A DNA stretch of 64,000 nt from positions 537-64,536 of the forward strand of contig JBAYJX010000003.1 in NCBI GenBank assembly GCA_041664905.1, read 5' to 3'. This document shows positions 35,215-44,669 of this stretch, one piece after another. The first letter of the stretch is position 1. The number at the start of each line of letters is the position of its first letter. The notes beneath the pieces were generated by a model that saw only the letters and a list, made by a program, of their open reading frames with translations, had not been told where the DNA came from and did no database searches. The DNA comes from an archaeon (lineage in GTDB: Archaea > Iainarchaeota > Iainarchaeia > Iainarchaeales > JAAZKV01). Made by a program: the position numbers and the translations under genes.

Positions 35215-36855
35215 TTAAATTATTCTTTCTAGGATAAACTCTGGAGTGAATTCTTCAAAGTCATCATACCCTTGTCCTGTTCCAACAAAGAGGATTGGTT
35301 TTTTCATTTTATAGAGTAGTGAAATTGCTGTTCCGCCTTTGGCATCAGTATCAATTTTTGTTAAAATAAATCCATCTATTCCAACAATGCTTTTGAATTC
35401 TTCTACTTGATCTAATGGTGTTTGTCCTACATATGCTTCTCCGACATAGAGTTTCAAATCTGGTTTAGCTACTCGTTCAATTTTTCGTAATTCTTCCATC
35501 AAGTTTTTGTTTGTTTCTTGTCTTCCTGCAGAATCAATTAGTACTACATCAATTTTTCCTGCTTCTGCAGCTTTTACTGCATCAAATGCAACAGCAGCAG
35601 GGTCAGCTCCGTATTGTTGTTTTATTACTCTCACACCAAGTTTGTTTGCGTGGACTTCTAGTTGGTCAATTGCTCCTGCTCTAAATGTATCTGCGGCTGC
35701 AACAATGCAAGTTTTTTTGTTTTTTTGAAAGTAATTTACTAGTTTTGCAATACTGGTTGTTTTTCCTGCTCCATTAGGTCCAAGCATTAGTATTTTTAGC
35801 GGCTGGTGTTTTTTTGTTTCTTCAAGGAGATTAATTTTTTCTGTTGTCATCATTTCGGTTAGTATTTCTTTTATTTGTTCTTGTAAGAAATGATCAATGT
35901 TTTTTGCAGATGTTTTTGTTCCAACTAAGCGTTGTTTTATTTTGTTAACTAGTTCTCTTGCAGCATCTTGTTCTACATCACTTTCAATTAAACTTAGTTC
36001 TAGTTCCCATAACAGATCTTCTATTTGTTTTTCGCTTATTTCTATTCCTCCAAAGAGGATTCCTTTTAGTCCACCAGTTATTCCTACTTTTGCTTTGAGT
36101 TCTCGCTTGTCTTCATCTAAACTCTTAATGTGAATATCTCTTGGTTTTTCTACTGGCTCGGGAGCAAAAGATTTTGCTTCTATGTCTTCCTCTTCTTCAA
36201 TTTCTTCTGTTTCTATAGTTTCTTCAGGCAATTTAATTTTTTCTTCTTCAGGCAAAGTTGGGATAATTTTCTTTTCTTCTTTTTCAACAGGTTTTTTTGT
36301 TACTTCTTTTTCGCCAGTCTCTTCTTTAAGAATTTCTTCTTTTTCAATTGTAATTGTATCTTTTCCTTCTTTTTGAACTTCTGTTTCTATTTCTTTAAAC
36401 AGTTTAGCTTCAAGTTCATTAGCAATTTCTTCTTTTGTTTTTTTCTTCACTTCAACTTTTTTTTCAAGTGGTGTGGCATCTGCTTTCTTTTTGCCAAGTC
36501 CAAATAATTTTCCAAGTATTCCTGTTTTTTTTTCAGGTGTTTTAGTCTCAACAGGTTTTGTTTCAGTAGCTTTAATCTCAACTACTAGTTTAACCTCTTC
36601 TTTTTTAGTTAAACTTTCTTTTTTTGGTGGTTCTTTTTCAACTAGTATTTGTTTTTTTTCTTCAAGAATAGGTTTAGAAATAACTTGTGCTGTCTTTTCT
36701 TTTTGTGGTTTAACTTCAGAAATAGTTTTCTTTTCTTCTTTTATAGGCTCAACCTTAATTTCTTCAATTGGTTTTTTACCCTCTTCTTCTTTTGTAATAG
36801 TTTGTTTGAGTTTGGATCCAAAATCAGCTATTTTTTGCTTAAGAAAACCAAACAT
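35215..36855 (-). CDS. ftsY: SRP receptor FtsY with a long Lys/Glu-rich N-terminal domain
   Basis: NG domain 'MLGPNGAGKTTSIAKL', 'DTFRAGA', 'DSAGR', 'TKIDTDAKGG'. About 300 aa of K/E-rich N-terminus. Confidence 0.9.
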   Translation of the reverse strand: MFGFLKQKIADFGSKLKQTITKEEEGKKPIEEIKVEPIKEEKKTISEVKPQKEKTAQVISKPILEEKKQILVEKEPPKKESLTKKEEVKLVVEIKATETKPVETKTPEKKTGILGKLFGLGKKKADATPLEKKVEVKKKTKEEIANELEAKLFKEIETEVQKEGKDTITIEKEEILKEETGEKEVTKKPVEKEEKKIIPTLPEEEKIKLPEETIETEEIEEEEDIEAKSFAPEPVEKPRDIHIKSLDEDKRELKAKVGITGGLKGILFGGIEISEKQIEDLLWELELSLIESDVEQDAARELVNKIKQRLVGTKTSAKNIDHFLQEQIKEILTEMMTTEKINLLEETKKHQPLKILMLGPNGAGKTTSIAKLVNYFQKNKKTCIVAAADTFRAGAIDQLEVHANKLGVRVIKQQYGADPAAVAFDAVKAAEAGKIDVVLIDSAGRQETNKNLMEELRKIERVAKPDLKLYVGEAYVGQTPLDQVEEFKSIVGIDGFILTKIDTDAKGGTAISLLYKMKKPILFVGTGQGYDDFEEFTPEFILERII

Positions 36856-36895
36856 TTTTTCTCATCTCTTTAAAGAAGTAAAAATTAAGTTAGTT

Positions 36896-37372
36896 TTACT
36901 TTGATATTGTTGGTGGTGCGTATTTTAGTTGTTCTTTTAGGTTTCTTTTTTCAGCATCTATTTGTTTTAGTATTCCAACAACGTTTGTAAGTCTTTGTTC
37001 TGTTTGTGTGCAATCAGCAGATAGTTTTTCCATTTGTTTGTGCAATTTTTCTTCTTTTTCAGTTAGCCATTTTATTGTTTCTTCAACACTTTCTTCTTTG
37101 TAAGAATTATCTGCTAATCCTCTTTTGCATTGTTTAATGTTTTTGGCTTCAACTTCTATTAATATTGTTGCGCCTAGGTTTATCATCATTTTTCCGTTTG
37201 TTTTTGTCATTTCTTTTAGTCCTTCTTTTGCAATAACTGTTTCTCTATAGCCCGTAGCAATTCTTTCAAGCATGTTTTGTTTGTACATTAAGGATTGTTC
37301 TTCTTGTTGTGCCATTTGTACAAGTTGTCTTTCGTTGAATCCTTCTTGTTTTTTTTGCTTTTCTTCAGCCAT
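36896..37372 (-). CDS. pfdA: prefoldin alpha subunit
   Basis: Coiled coil, beta hairpins, coiled coil ('MINLGATILIEVEAKN'). Conserved position next to ftsY. Confidence 0.75.
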   Translation of the reverse strand: MAEEKQKKQEGFNERQLVQMAQQEEQSLMYKQNMLERIATGYRETVIAKEGLKEMTKTNGKMMINLGATILIEVEAKNIKQCKRGLADNSYKEESVEETIKWLTEKEEKLHKQMEKLSADCTQTEQRLTNVVGILKQIDAEKRNLKEQLKYAPPTISK

Positions 37373-37373
37373 T

Positions 37374-37586
37374 TTATTGTTTCGCCTCTTTTATTGATTC
37401 AAGTTTAATATTTACTCTTGTTAATCTTTGTTTGCTCCCCATTTCAGCGAATACTTTTTCTGTAGCCATTTTTTCGTTTTCTGCAGTTACTTTTGTATCA
37501 AACTTGTGTATTTCTCCTTTCTTTTTATAAGTTCCTTTTGTTTCGTATGTTTTCATGTTCCTCACCCAAAATTCCTTTTTCGACAA
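37374..37586 (-). CDS. rplX: 50S ribosomal protein LX (L18Ae/L20A)
   Basis: 70 aa, 'KFDTKVTAENEKMATEKVFAEMGSKQRL'. Conserved position between eIF6 and pfdA. Confidence 0.75.
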   Translation of the reverse strand: MSKKEFWVRNMKTYETKGTYKKKGEIHKFDTKVTAENEKMATEKVFAEMGSKQRLTRVNIKLESIKEAKQ

Positions 37587-37613
37587 AAATAAATATCTAT
37601 CTAATTGCTTTTT

Positions 37614-38276
37614 TTATTCTTCTGTTCCCATTAATGCATCTTCTATTCTATTAATCTCGTAAGGGGAAGTGTTTTCGCCCATAATTATTCCTTTTGTGTT
37701 TGCAATTACTGAGTTTCTAATAAATGTGTCTCCTGTGTTAGCAGTAGAGGAACCCCCCTTTACTCCAAATATTTCTTCTAGAACTAAAGCTTCTTCTTTT
37801 GAAATATTAGGGTTTACTAAGAATCCTTTGTTTGTTGCAACAATGCATGAACCAACAATATCAGTTTTAGCAATATTTGTTTGTGTAACCTTTAATCCTG
37901 TTTTTTTTATTTCATCTACTGCTTTTTTTTGTAATGTTTTAGATACGGCTGCGCCTGTATCATTTATTTCTATCATGTTGCCTAGTGCGTTTTCAGTATG
38001 AATTAGTTTTACCTTAATCTCTCTTTCAATTGTTTCGAATTCTTTTGGTGGAATAAAACTAGGTAAGTAAACATATTTGTTATTCATTTTTGCAAATACT
38101 GATAATAATGAGCTTCCATATAGGTTTGCTTTTACTACTTTAGTATTTAGTGTTTCTTCCAAGGTTTTTACTGCCCTATCTTCAATTGATGGGGGCACAA
38201 AAGAGAGGGTGTCATTTGTTATTCCAAATAATCCAACGTAAGTTGATCCAAGTAGTCTTATTCTAGCTATATTCAT
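37614..38276 (-). CDS. eif6: translation initiation factor 6 (aIF6)
   Basis: Pentein repeat pattern ('GSTYVGLFGITND', 'GNMIEINDTGAAVS', 'VGSCIVATNKGFLV'). Confidence 0.85.
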   Translation of the reverse strand: MNIARIRLLGSTYVGLFGITNDTLSFVPPSIEDRAVKTLEETLNTKVVKANLYGSSLLSVFAKMNNKYVYLPSFIPPKEFETIEREIKVKLIHTENALGNMIEINDTGAAVSKTLQKKAVDEIKKTGLKVTQTNIAKTDIVGSCIVATNKGFLVNPNISKEEALVLEEIFGVKGGSSTANTGDTFIRNSVIANTKGIIMGENTSPYEINRIEDALMGTEE

Positions 38277-38344
38277 TCAGATTACCTTTAATAAATAAAA
38301 GTCCAAAAGGGTTTATTAGTTATGCCCTTTTGGATTTAATAGCT

Positions 38345-38737
38345 TTATTCTTTTTTTGCGACTTTGGCAGTTTTAGCTTCTTCTTTTTTCTCTGCAGCCA
38401 AGTTTGCTGCTTTTGCTTCAACTGGTGCTTTTTCAGCAGTTTTGTTGTCTTTTTTCTTTTCTTGTTTTGGTTCGTATTTTTCTTCAGGTAACATTACTCT
38501 TGCGGTATTTTTTTCTTTAACTACTTTTACAGTTAGTTTTCTTATTGCGTTGTATTTTCCGCGTCCCCAAAGCAGTTCATTAAGTTTATTACTTAACTTA
38601 ATGTCTGTTAATCTAGTTTCTTTTGTTACTCCGTTTTTCAAAGCGAATTTTGAAGCAATAGCCCTTTTTGTGAGTGGTTTTGCAAACGCTCTTTTCAGGT
38701 TTATTGTTATTGTTCTTTCCTTAAAATCTTTAGCCAT
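38345..38737 (-). CDS. rpl31e: 50S ribosomal protein L31e with Lys/Ala/Glu-rich C-terminal extension
   Basis: 'ERTITINLKRAF...LNELLWGRG'. About 45 extra K/A/E-rich residues. Confidence 0.85.
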   Translation of the reverse strand: MAKDFKERTITINLKRAFAKPLTKRAIASKFALKNGVTKETRLTDIKLSNKLNELLWGRGKYNAIRKLTVKVVKEKNTARVMLPEEKYEPKQEKKKDNKTAEKAPVEAKAANLAAEKKEEAKTAKVAKKE

Positions 38738-38747
38738 TTTTCATCAC

Positions 38748-39008
38748 CTACTCCACCTTTACAGGTACCGGTTTACTATGCTTTTTGTGGTCCCCGCTCT
38801 TCTTTATTTTCTTAGCTTGTTTGTGCCTTGCAGCAAAATACTTCATTTTCATATCAATATTTTTCCAAGTTCTTTTTTGCTTGGTGTTCCAAATTCTTTT
38901 TCCTGCTTTTTGCATTATCCAAACAGGCGCATTAGTGAGCCCTGACCCTGTTTTTTTTCTTTCACTTATCATGAAATCTTTGAAATCTTCTGTTTTGTGT
39001 TTAGCCAT
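38748..39008 (-). CDS. rpl39e: 50S ribosomal protein L39e with terminal extensions
   Basis: 'NAPVWIMQKAGKRIWNTKQKRTWKN' matches the L39e core (vPaWvmlKt...RrhWRR). 86 aa versus about 50 typical. Confidence 0.7.
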   Translation of the reverse strand: MAKHKTEDFKDFMISERKKTGSGLTNAPVWIMQKAGKRIWNTKQKRTWKNIDMKMKYFAARHKQAKKIKKSGDHKKHSKPVPVKVE

Positions 39009-39589
39009 TATTGCTCACTTCCTTCTTTTTTCTTTGCGCTAGCTTTGTCTGTTTTCTTTGTATCTATTGCTTTGCCGTGTCCTCTGTCCTGCATTTTTAG
39101 TGTGTCTTGCACTTCTTTCTTCTTCTTTTCATCGAACACTTTCTTTTCCTTAGCTTTAGCAACATATTTGTTTTCTTTCATGTTAGCTTCAACTAATTTT
39201 GAAGTTTCATTTAGTAATTTAATTCCTTTTTTGCTTGCCTTTCTTCCTTTTGGCAATGCTTTTTCTAAGTATCCAAGTTTTTCTAAGGCTTGTACTGCGC
39301 TTCGAATTACTTTTCCGCTTGCTTTGTAGTGGTGTTCTCTTTTTACTCCTCTATTTCTTCTTCCACCATAATAAGATCTAAGTGCTTCTGTTCCAATTAC
39401 TCCCCACTTGATTGCTCTGTATAGAATGCTTGCCATTCTTACGTAGAACCAATCTTCTCTTTGTGGTGCTCGTTCATTGTGAACCCCTGTTTTTACGTAG
39501 TCAGCCCACGCTGGTTTTTCTACTTCTTTTGATAATTTCTGGGCAGTTTCCTCTATAAGGTACTCTGCCGGCACATCATGTATTCCCAT
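39008..39589 (-). CDS. rps19e: 30S ribosomal protein S19e with Lys-rich C-terminal extension
   Basis: 'DVPAEYLIE...PAWADYVKTGVHNERAPQ...DWFYVRMASILY...GGRRNRG'. AAGGTGAT lies upstream of the ATG. Confidence 0.9.
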   Translation of the reverse strand: MGIHDVPAEYLIEETAQKLSKEVEKPAWADYVKTGVHNERAPQREDWFYVRMASILYRAIKWGVIGTEALRSYYGGRRNRGVKREHHYKASGKVIRSAVQALEKLGYLEKALPKGRKASKKGIKLLNETSKLVEANMKENKYVAKAKEKKVFDEKKKKEVQDTLKMQDRGHGKAIDTKKTDKASAKKKEGSEQ

Positions 39590-39718
39590 CCAATCACCTT
39601 AACTTTTCAGTCCGAAGTGCTCTAACCCAAAGGGTGAGCTATTAGACTTATTATAGAAAACCCTTCTAAAAACCTTTAAAAAGGTTGGGGGAGGGAGTTT
39701 TTGGGCATTAGTTAAACG

Positions 39719-40048
39719 TTACTTCTTTTCCTTTAACCCAAATCTTTTTACAAATCCGCATTCAGTGCATTTTACAACTAAAAACGGTTTTTCTTCTTTT
39801 GTGAGTACTTTCATTGAGTAACATTTTTTACAGTATTTGATTTTGAGTTCTTTAGATATTTGTACTCTGCATTTTTCTCCAATTCTTTTAGCAAGTTGTA
39901 AGTATCTTTTTTGGTATTTGTCATTACCTTCTGCAAGTTCAAATAAACGATAAATTCTTTCTAAAGCAATGTTTTGGTTGCCTTTGAGATTTTTTTCACC
40001 GCTCTTAGTGTCTTTTTCTTTTTCAGCAGGTTTAGTTTTAGTTTTCAT
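39719..40048 (-). CDS. rnp4: RNase P protein component 4 (Rpp21/Rpr2)
   Basis: 'RYLQLAKRIGEKCRVQI...YCKKCYS...VKCTECGFVKRF' Zn ribbon. Confidence 0.8.
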   Translation of the reverse strand: MKTKTKPAEKEKDTKSGEKNLKGNQNIALERIYRLFELAEGNDKYQKRYLQLAKRIGEKCRVQISKELKIKYCKKCYSMKVLTKEEKPFLVVKCTECGFVKRFGLKEKK

Positions 40049-40092
40049 AATAACTTAGAGTTACAATTAGGTTAAATTGCTTTTGTTGAACT

Positions 40093-40644
40093 CTACTCAA
40101 ACTTTATTTTAGTAAACGAATGCAAATCAATTCCATATTTTGCATATATTCGCAATATTCCTTCGTGTCCAATATCTTTTCCAGTGAGTCCAAGTAACGC
40201 AAGTCCTTTTTCCACTTCTTCCTTGCTTTTAGCTTCTATTTCAAGTAAAGTTGGTATTCTTGGCCAAGTGTCTAAAGTAAATTCAATACTATCAAGAATA
40301 AATTTGTGTCTTTTATTTTCTTGGTAGTATTTTCCAGTAAAACATTTTAATTTTGATAATAATTCGCTTGCTTTGTTAAAATCGCTTACAGTAAACTCTA
40401 TTTCTTCAGTTTGATCAATTGCAGTGCCTGTTTTGTTTTTGTAGGTGATTGTTGTTTTTCCATTAGCTTCGCGTAAGCGTACCCATTCCCCCCAACCTGA
40501 ATTTTCATGATCAAGGCACTTAATATCAAACACAAATCTTTTTTGTAAGTGCTCTTTCTCTTCGCGTGCCCCAAGTGCTCTTAACTTTTGAGCAATCTCA
40601 GTAGGATTAACATCAAGTACTTGTGTTTCGTATTCTTTTCCCAT
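40093..40644 (-). CDS. CYTH-domain protein (CyaB/ThTPase-like)
   Basis: N-terminus 'EYETQVL' and 'VRLREANGKTTITYK'. Beta-barrel spacing typical of CYTH. Confidence 0.65.
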   Translation of the reverse strand: MGKEYETQVLDVNPTEIAQKLRALGAREEKEHLQKRFVFDIKCLDHENSGWGEWVRLREANGKTTITYKNKTGTAIDQTEEIEFTVSDFNKASELLSKLKCFTGKYYQENKRHKFILDSIEFTLDTWPRIPTLLEIEAKSKEEVEKGLALLGLTGKDIGHEGILRIYAKYGIDLHSFTKIKFE

Positions 40645-40690
40645 GAAAAGAATTGGTTTAGAAGTTGTTTAAAATTTGTGTTTTGGAAGA

Positions 40691-41005
40691 CTACTTTGTA
40701 AATTCTTTTACCCAATTAAGAAATTCTTTGTTTCCATCCATTTTGAAGAAGGCGATGATTGGGCATTTGTCGGAGTGTAGTTTTTTTACTTCAATTATTA
40801 TTTTTTGCTTATTTTTTATTAAAGAGAATGCGCTGATGTTGTAATACTCTTTTTCTACAATTTGATTATTCCACCAGTATCTTGATGGGCCCTTGGTTAT
40901 TAGTGTGCCTGCAACCATTTTTTTTATTACTAAACTGTCTGCGATTTTGTTTGCTTCTTTTCGATTAACAGCACTTATTAGTATTTGGCAAAACTGGTCT
41001 TTCAT
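40691..41005 (-). CDS. cutA: CutA1 divalent-cation tolerance protein
   Basis: About 100 aa. 'EANKIADSLVIKKMVAGTLI...SRYWWNNQIVE'. Confidence 0.65.
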   Translation of the reverse strand: MKDQFCQILISAVNRKEANKIADSLVIKKMVAGTLITKGPSRYWWNNQIVEKEYYNISAFSLIKNKQKIIIEVKKLHSDKCPIIAFFKMDGNKEFLNWVKEFTK

Positions 41006-41078
41006 ATAGTTCTCTACAGTATTTGAAGTTATTAACGTTTTCTTTTAGACATTTTGAGAATTAGTTAATTATGTTAAG

Positions 41079-41219
41079 TGCGCCCACGGGGATTTGAACC
41101 CCGACAAAAAGCTAACCTCAGCTACTCGCTTTCTATCCCTTCAACGAAGGGATAAATTCTTTCGCGAGCCTTAGTTAAGGCTCTGGAAGGCTTTTATGCT
41201 ACCATTACATCATAGACGC
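41079..41219 (-). tRNA. tRNA-Gly(UCC) with a 70-nt intron at position 37/38
   Basis: Minus strand: acceptor GCGTCTA/TGGGCGC, D-arm ATGT-AATGGTA-GCAT, anticodon stem AAAGC/GCTTT, loop C-T-TCC-A|intron|A, T-arm CGGGG-TTCAAAT-CCCCG. 141 nt in total. Confidence 0.75.
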
Positions 41220-41292
41220 ATTATTGAGCTTTGCTCGTTAAATTAATTCCTCCCACCTTTCTTTTTTAAACGTTCGTTTTTAGCCGTTTTAT

Positions 41293-41604
41293 CTAGTAAT
41301 AGGGATCATTGCATAGTTGAAAGAATTTTGTGGCCCGTTTTTCTCCAAGTAGTTTTATTGCTTCTTCTTCAAGTTTGTGTATTGTGCTGTCGTTTTGCAA
41401 ACTTCCGCTTGCGCCATATTGGCGTCTTTGGGTGGAGCGTTGTTTTGCAAGAGTTGTAAGTCTAATTATTTGGATTGTTTCTTGTTCTGTTGCATTTATT
41501 GTTTGTAGCGCAGTTCTTACTTTTTCGTGCATGGTTGTCATAGTGTGTTTTTTTGGTTGTATCCCGATTTTTTTTAAAATAAATTCTCTTGCTCTTCGCC
41601 ACAT
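41293..41604 (-). CDS. hypothetical protein
   Basis: ORF only; no recognised motif. Confidence 0.35.
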   Translation of the reverse strand: MWRRAREFILKKIGIQPKKHTMTTMHEKVRTALQTINATEQETIQIIRLTTLAKQRSTQRRQYGASGSLQNDSTIHKLEEEAIKLLGEKRATKFFQLCNDPYY

Positions 41605-41673
41605 AACTTATCAAATATTAATTGAGCAGTTGGTTTTTTATTGAGTTTAGTTCTTTTTTGTTTGGTGTATTTA

Positions 41674-42351
41674 ATGCAGGGTAAACTTATTGTTATTGAG
41701 GGGACTGATGGTTCTGGTAAGGCTACTCAAAGTAAGCTCTTGATTGAAGCTTTAAACAAAAAAAATATTTCTACTGAGTATGTTGATTTTCCGCAATATG
41801 GGGAAAAAAGTGCTGGGTTAGTTGAGAATTATTTGAATGGCAAGTACGGTTCAGCTAGTGAAGTTTCTCCCAAGGTTGCTTCTATTTTTTATGCAGTTGA
41901 TAGATATGATGCTTCGTTTAAAATTCGTCCTTGGCTTAATGATGGGAAAGTTGTAATTAGTAATAGGTATGTTTCTGCTAATCTTGGTCATCAAACGGGT
42001 AAAATAAAGGATCAAAAAGAAAGGGATGAGTTTGTTAAGTGGCTTGAGGATTTAGAGTATAATCTTTTTGGTATTCCTAAACCAGATTTGACTATTCTTC
42101 TTTTCATGCCTTGTGAGATTGCTCAAAAACTTGTTGATAATAAAGCTGCAAGAGCGTATATTGGTGGTCAGAAGAGAGATATTCACGAAGCGGATTTGCA
42201 ACATTTAAAGGATGCAGAGAAAGCTTATTTGGATCTTGTTGATAAGAAGGGTTGGAAACTAGTTGAGTGTTCAGAGAATGGTTCTCCGTTGCCAATTGAA
42301 AAGATTCAAGAAAAAGTTTTGTTAGTGGTTGAAGAATTTTTAAAAAATTAA
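41674..42351 (+). CDS. tmk: thymidylate kinase
   Basis: 'LIVIEGTDGSGKATQ' and 'SNRYVSANLGHQ'. Confidence 0.85.
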   Translation: MQGKLIVIEGTDGSGKATQSKLLIEALNKKNISTEYVDFPQYGEKSAGLVENYLNGKYGSASEVSPKVASIFYAVDRYDASFKIRPWLNDGKVVISNRYVSANLGHQTGKIKDQKERDEFVKWLEDLEYNLFGIPKPDLTILLFMPCEIAQKLVDNKAARAYIGGQKRDIHEADLQHLKDAEKAYLDLVDKKGWKLVECSENGSPLPIEKIQEKVLLVVEEFLKN

Positions 42352-42363
42352 GGGGGTGTTTTT

Positions 42364-42999
42364 GTGGTTGGAACTTTTATTGCTTTTGATGGGGGCCCTG
42401 GTTCTGGTAAGGGTACGATGATTAGGAAAACTTTTGAGTATGTTTATGGTAAGAGTAAGAAGTATGATAATATTTTGGTTACTGATGAACCAACTAATGG
42501 TCCTTTTGGAAAAAAAGTGAGAGAATTATTTAAGCAACAAAAAAGTCCACAAGATTTAGCGGAAGAAATTTTAATTACTTTTGTTGAGGATAGAAAGTGG
42601 CACATTGAAAATATTATTGCTCCTGCTTTGGAAAAAAATTTTGTTGTAATAGCTGATAGATACAAGTATGGGAGTATTGCTTATCAAACAGTCCAAGGGT
42701 CTAATTTAGAAAAGTGTGTTGAATTAAACAAGCCTCTTCTAGCTCCAGATTTAGCTCTAATTCTTGATGTTGAACCAACTGAGGCTGTGAGGAGAATGAA
42801 TTCTGATCAAACTGATGCTGAAAAAAGAAAGCAAACAGATAATTTTCGTCAGCTAGATTTTGTTACTAATTTGAGAAAGTATTTTTTGCAGGTTCCAAAA
42901 CTTTTGTCAGAAGAAAATATTCAAATTATTGATGCAAATAAACCAATTGGGGATGTTTTTGCTCAGATTAAACCGTTGTTGGATAAAGTTTTATTCTAA
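42364..42999 (+). CDS. thymidylate kinase family paralog
   Basis: 'IAFDGGPGSGKGT' and 'ADRYKYGSIAYQ'. GTG start. Tandem to tmk. Confidence 0.7.
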   Translation: MVGTFIAFDGGPGSGKGTMIRKTFEYVYGKSKKYDNILVTDEPTNGPFGKKVRELFKQQKSPQDLAEEILITFVEDRKWHIENIIAPALEKNFVVIADRYKYGSIAYQTVQGSNLEKCVELNKPLLAPDLALILDVEPTEAVRRMNSDQTDAEKRKQTDNFRQLDFVTNLRKYFLQVPKLLSEENIQIIDANKPIGDVFAQIKPLLDKVLF

Positions 43000-43069
43000 T
43001 AAAAATAACAACTTTTTTGGCAGAAGTAACGTTTTTAAACAAGAAAATCCTACTCCTAGTAGTGGTTTA

Positions 43070-43972
43070 ATGAATTTTGGTAGAATAATTTCTTCAATGT
43101 TTGATTGGATTTCTGTTAAGAAAGCTGTTTGGTATGTAGTTTTTTTTGGTATTTCTATTCCTGTTTTATTGCTTTTTCCACAGGTTTTTCAAAATGGCTT
43201 GTATCCTACTGCCGCAACACCAATAACTCTTATTTTGTATGATATTCTTTATTTGTGCGTCATTTTGGGAATAATGGTTTTGATTCAGTTTAGTTTGTCG
43301 GAAAAAAAAGAGAGTGTGTGTAAGATTTCTATTGGAAAAATTATTGACACTTTTTTTCTTGTTTTTGCAGAGTTTTTTTATCTTTTAGTTTGGAATATTC
43401 ATTTTCCTTTTAGAGCAATTCAATTTTTGCTTTTAATTGCTTCTGCAATGGTGTATTATTATTTTTCTGTTATGCAAACGGATTTATTGCTTTTAGCTTC
43501 TTATTTGTGTTTTACTGCTTACTTTATTATTGTTGTTTATAATGCCGTGAGAATTTTTTTCACTACAACTATTTTTTGCCACAGGGATTTGGGGATAAAA
43601 GAAACGATTAAAGAATCTTGGGCAATTACTCACAATAAATTTTATGAAACATTTTGTTCTATTGCGCTTTGTCTTGTAATGTCTTTTGTAATGTTTTCAT
43701 TTATTTCGCTTGCGCTTGGCGCATTTGCTTCTCTTGTTTTGAAATACTTTTTTATTGAATCAATTGCTTTTGATTTGGGTTCAAAAGCAGCGTTTGCTTT
43801 TGCTTTAGCTCCGGTCCTAATTGCTTATCATCACGGAGTGACTGAGACTTATTTGCAGTTATCTAGCCACAAGAATGCTTCTACAAGTGTGAAAAGAATT
43901 CTTGCTCACAGAGTATTGCACAAGAAAGCAAAAGCCCCTGTAAGAAAATTAATTAAGAAAAAGAGAAAGTAA
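43070..43972 (+). CDS. polytopic membrane protein with Lys-rich C-terminal tail
   Basis: At least six hydrophobic segments. Ends 'HKKAKAPVRKLIKKKRK'. Confidence 0.5.
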   Translation: MNFGRIISSMFDWISVKKAVWYVVFFGISIPVLLLFPQVFQNGLYPTAATPITLILYDILYLCVILGIMVLIQFSLSEKKESVCKISIGKIIDTFFLVFAEFFYLLVWNIHFPFRAIQFLLLIASAMVYYYFSVMQTDLLLLASYLCFTAYFIIVVYNAVRIFFTTTIFCHRDLGIKETIKESWAITHNKFYETFCSIALCLVMSFVMFSFISLALGAFASLVLKYFFIESIAFDLGSKAAFAFALAPVLIAYHHGVTETYLQLSSHKNASTSVKRILAHRVLHKKAKAPVRKLIKKKRK

Positions 43973-44042
43973 TTTGGTTATTCAACTTTTTTTCTTTATT
44001 TTAGTAAGCAAGTTTTAAAATATTCTGTTTGTTTGTTTTGTT

Positions 44043-44585
44043 ATGATTCCTGCTAAAATGTTTTTTGTAAAAGGCGTGGGGGTGCACAAGGATAAATTAG
44101 CTTCTTTTGAATCTGCTTTGAGAAATGCCGGGATTGAAAAATTTAATTTAGTTTATGTTTCAAGTATTTTTCCGCCTAAGTGTAAAATTGTTTCTAAAGA
44201 AGAAGGGTTAACTCAGCTTTCTCCTGGAGAAATTGTTTATTGTGTGATGGCGAGAACAGAAACAAATGAGCCTAATAGATTAATTTCTGCTTCAGTTGGG
44301 CTTGCTGTGCCCAAAGACTCTGATAGTTATGGTTATCTTTCTGAGCACCATGGTTATGGGGAAACTGATGAAAAATCAGGGGATTATGCTGAAGATTTAG
44401 CTGCAAGTATGCTTGCAACTACTCTTGGAATAGAATTTAATTCTCAAACTGATTGGGAAGAACGAGAACAGGTATTCAAAGCTAGTGGTAAAATAATTAA
44501 AGCAACTCACACAAGTCAATCCGCAGAAGGAAACAAAAATGGTTTATGGACAACAGTAATTAGTGTTGCGGTACTATTGCCATAA
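44043..44585 (+). CDS. pdaD: pyruvoyl-dependent arginine decarboxylase
   Basis: '[17 protein letters not shown]...[11 protein letters not shown]' (Ser-Ser self-cleavage site). Confidence 0.85.
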   Translation: MIPAKMFFVKGVGVHKDKLASFESALRNAGIEKFNLVYVSSIFPPKCKIVSKEEGLTQLSPGEIVYCVMARTETNEPNRLISASVGLAVPKDSDSYGYLSEHHGYGETDEKSGDYAEDLAASMLATTLGIEFNSQTDWEEREQVFKASGKIIKATHTSQSAEGNKNGLWTTVISVAVLLP

Positions 44586-44669
44586 AGAAAGTTTTTAGTG
44601 AAATTTTTCTAAAAAAAAATGTGTGGCTTAGTTAGTTTTATTTTGAAAATGTTTAAGCTTTAATAGTAA

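Noticed and set aside
36130-36904. Several long + strand ORFs (36130..36507, 36182..36376, 36473..36904, 36649..36873).
   Set aside because: They are antisense to the Lys/Glu-rich N-terminal domain of ftsY. AAG/GAA-rich coding produces stop-free Phe/Ser/Leu-rich antisense frames, and these have no motifs.
38364-39329. Long + strand ORFs (38364..38945, 38785..39042, 38997..39329).
   Set aside because: They are antisense to rpl31e, rpl39e and rps19e. They give low-complexity Phe/Leu/Ser peptides and are an artefact of Lys-rich genes on the other strand.
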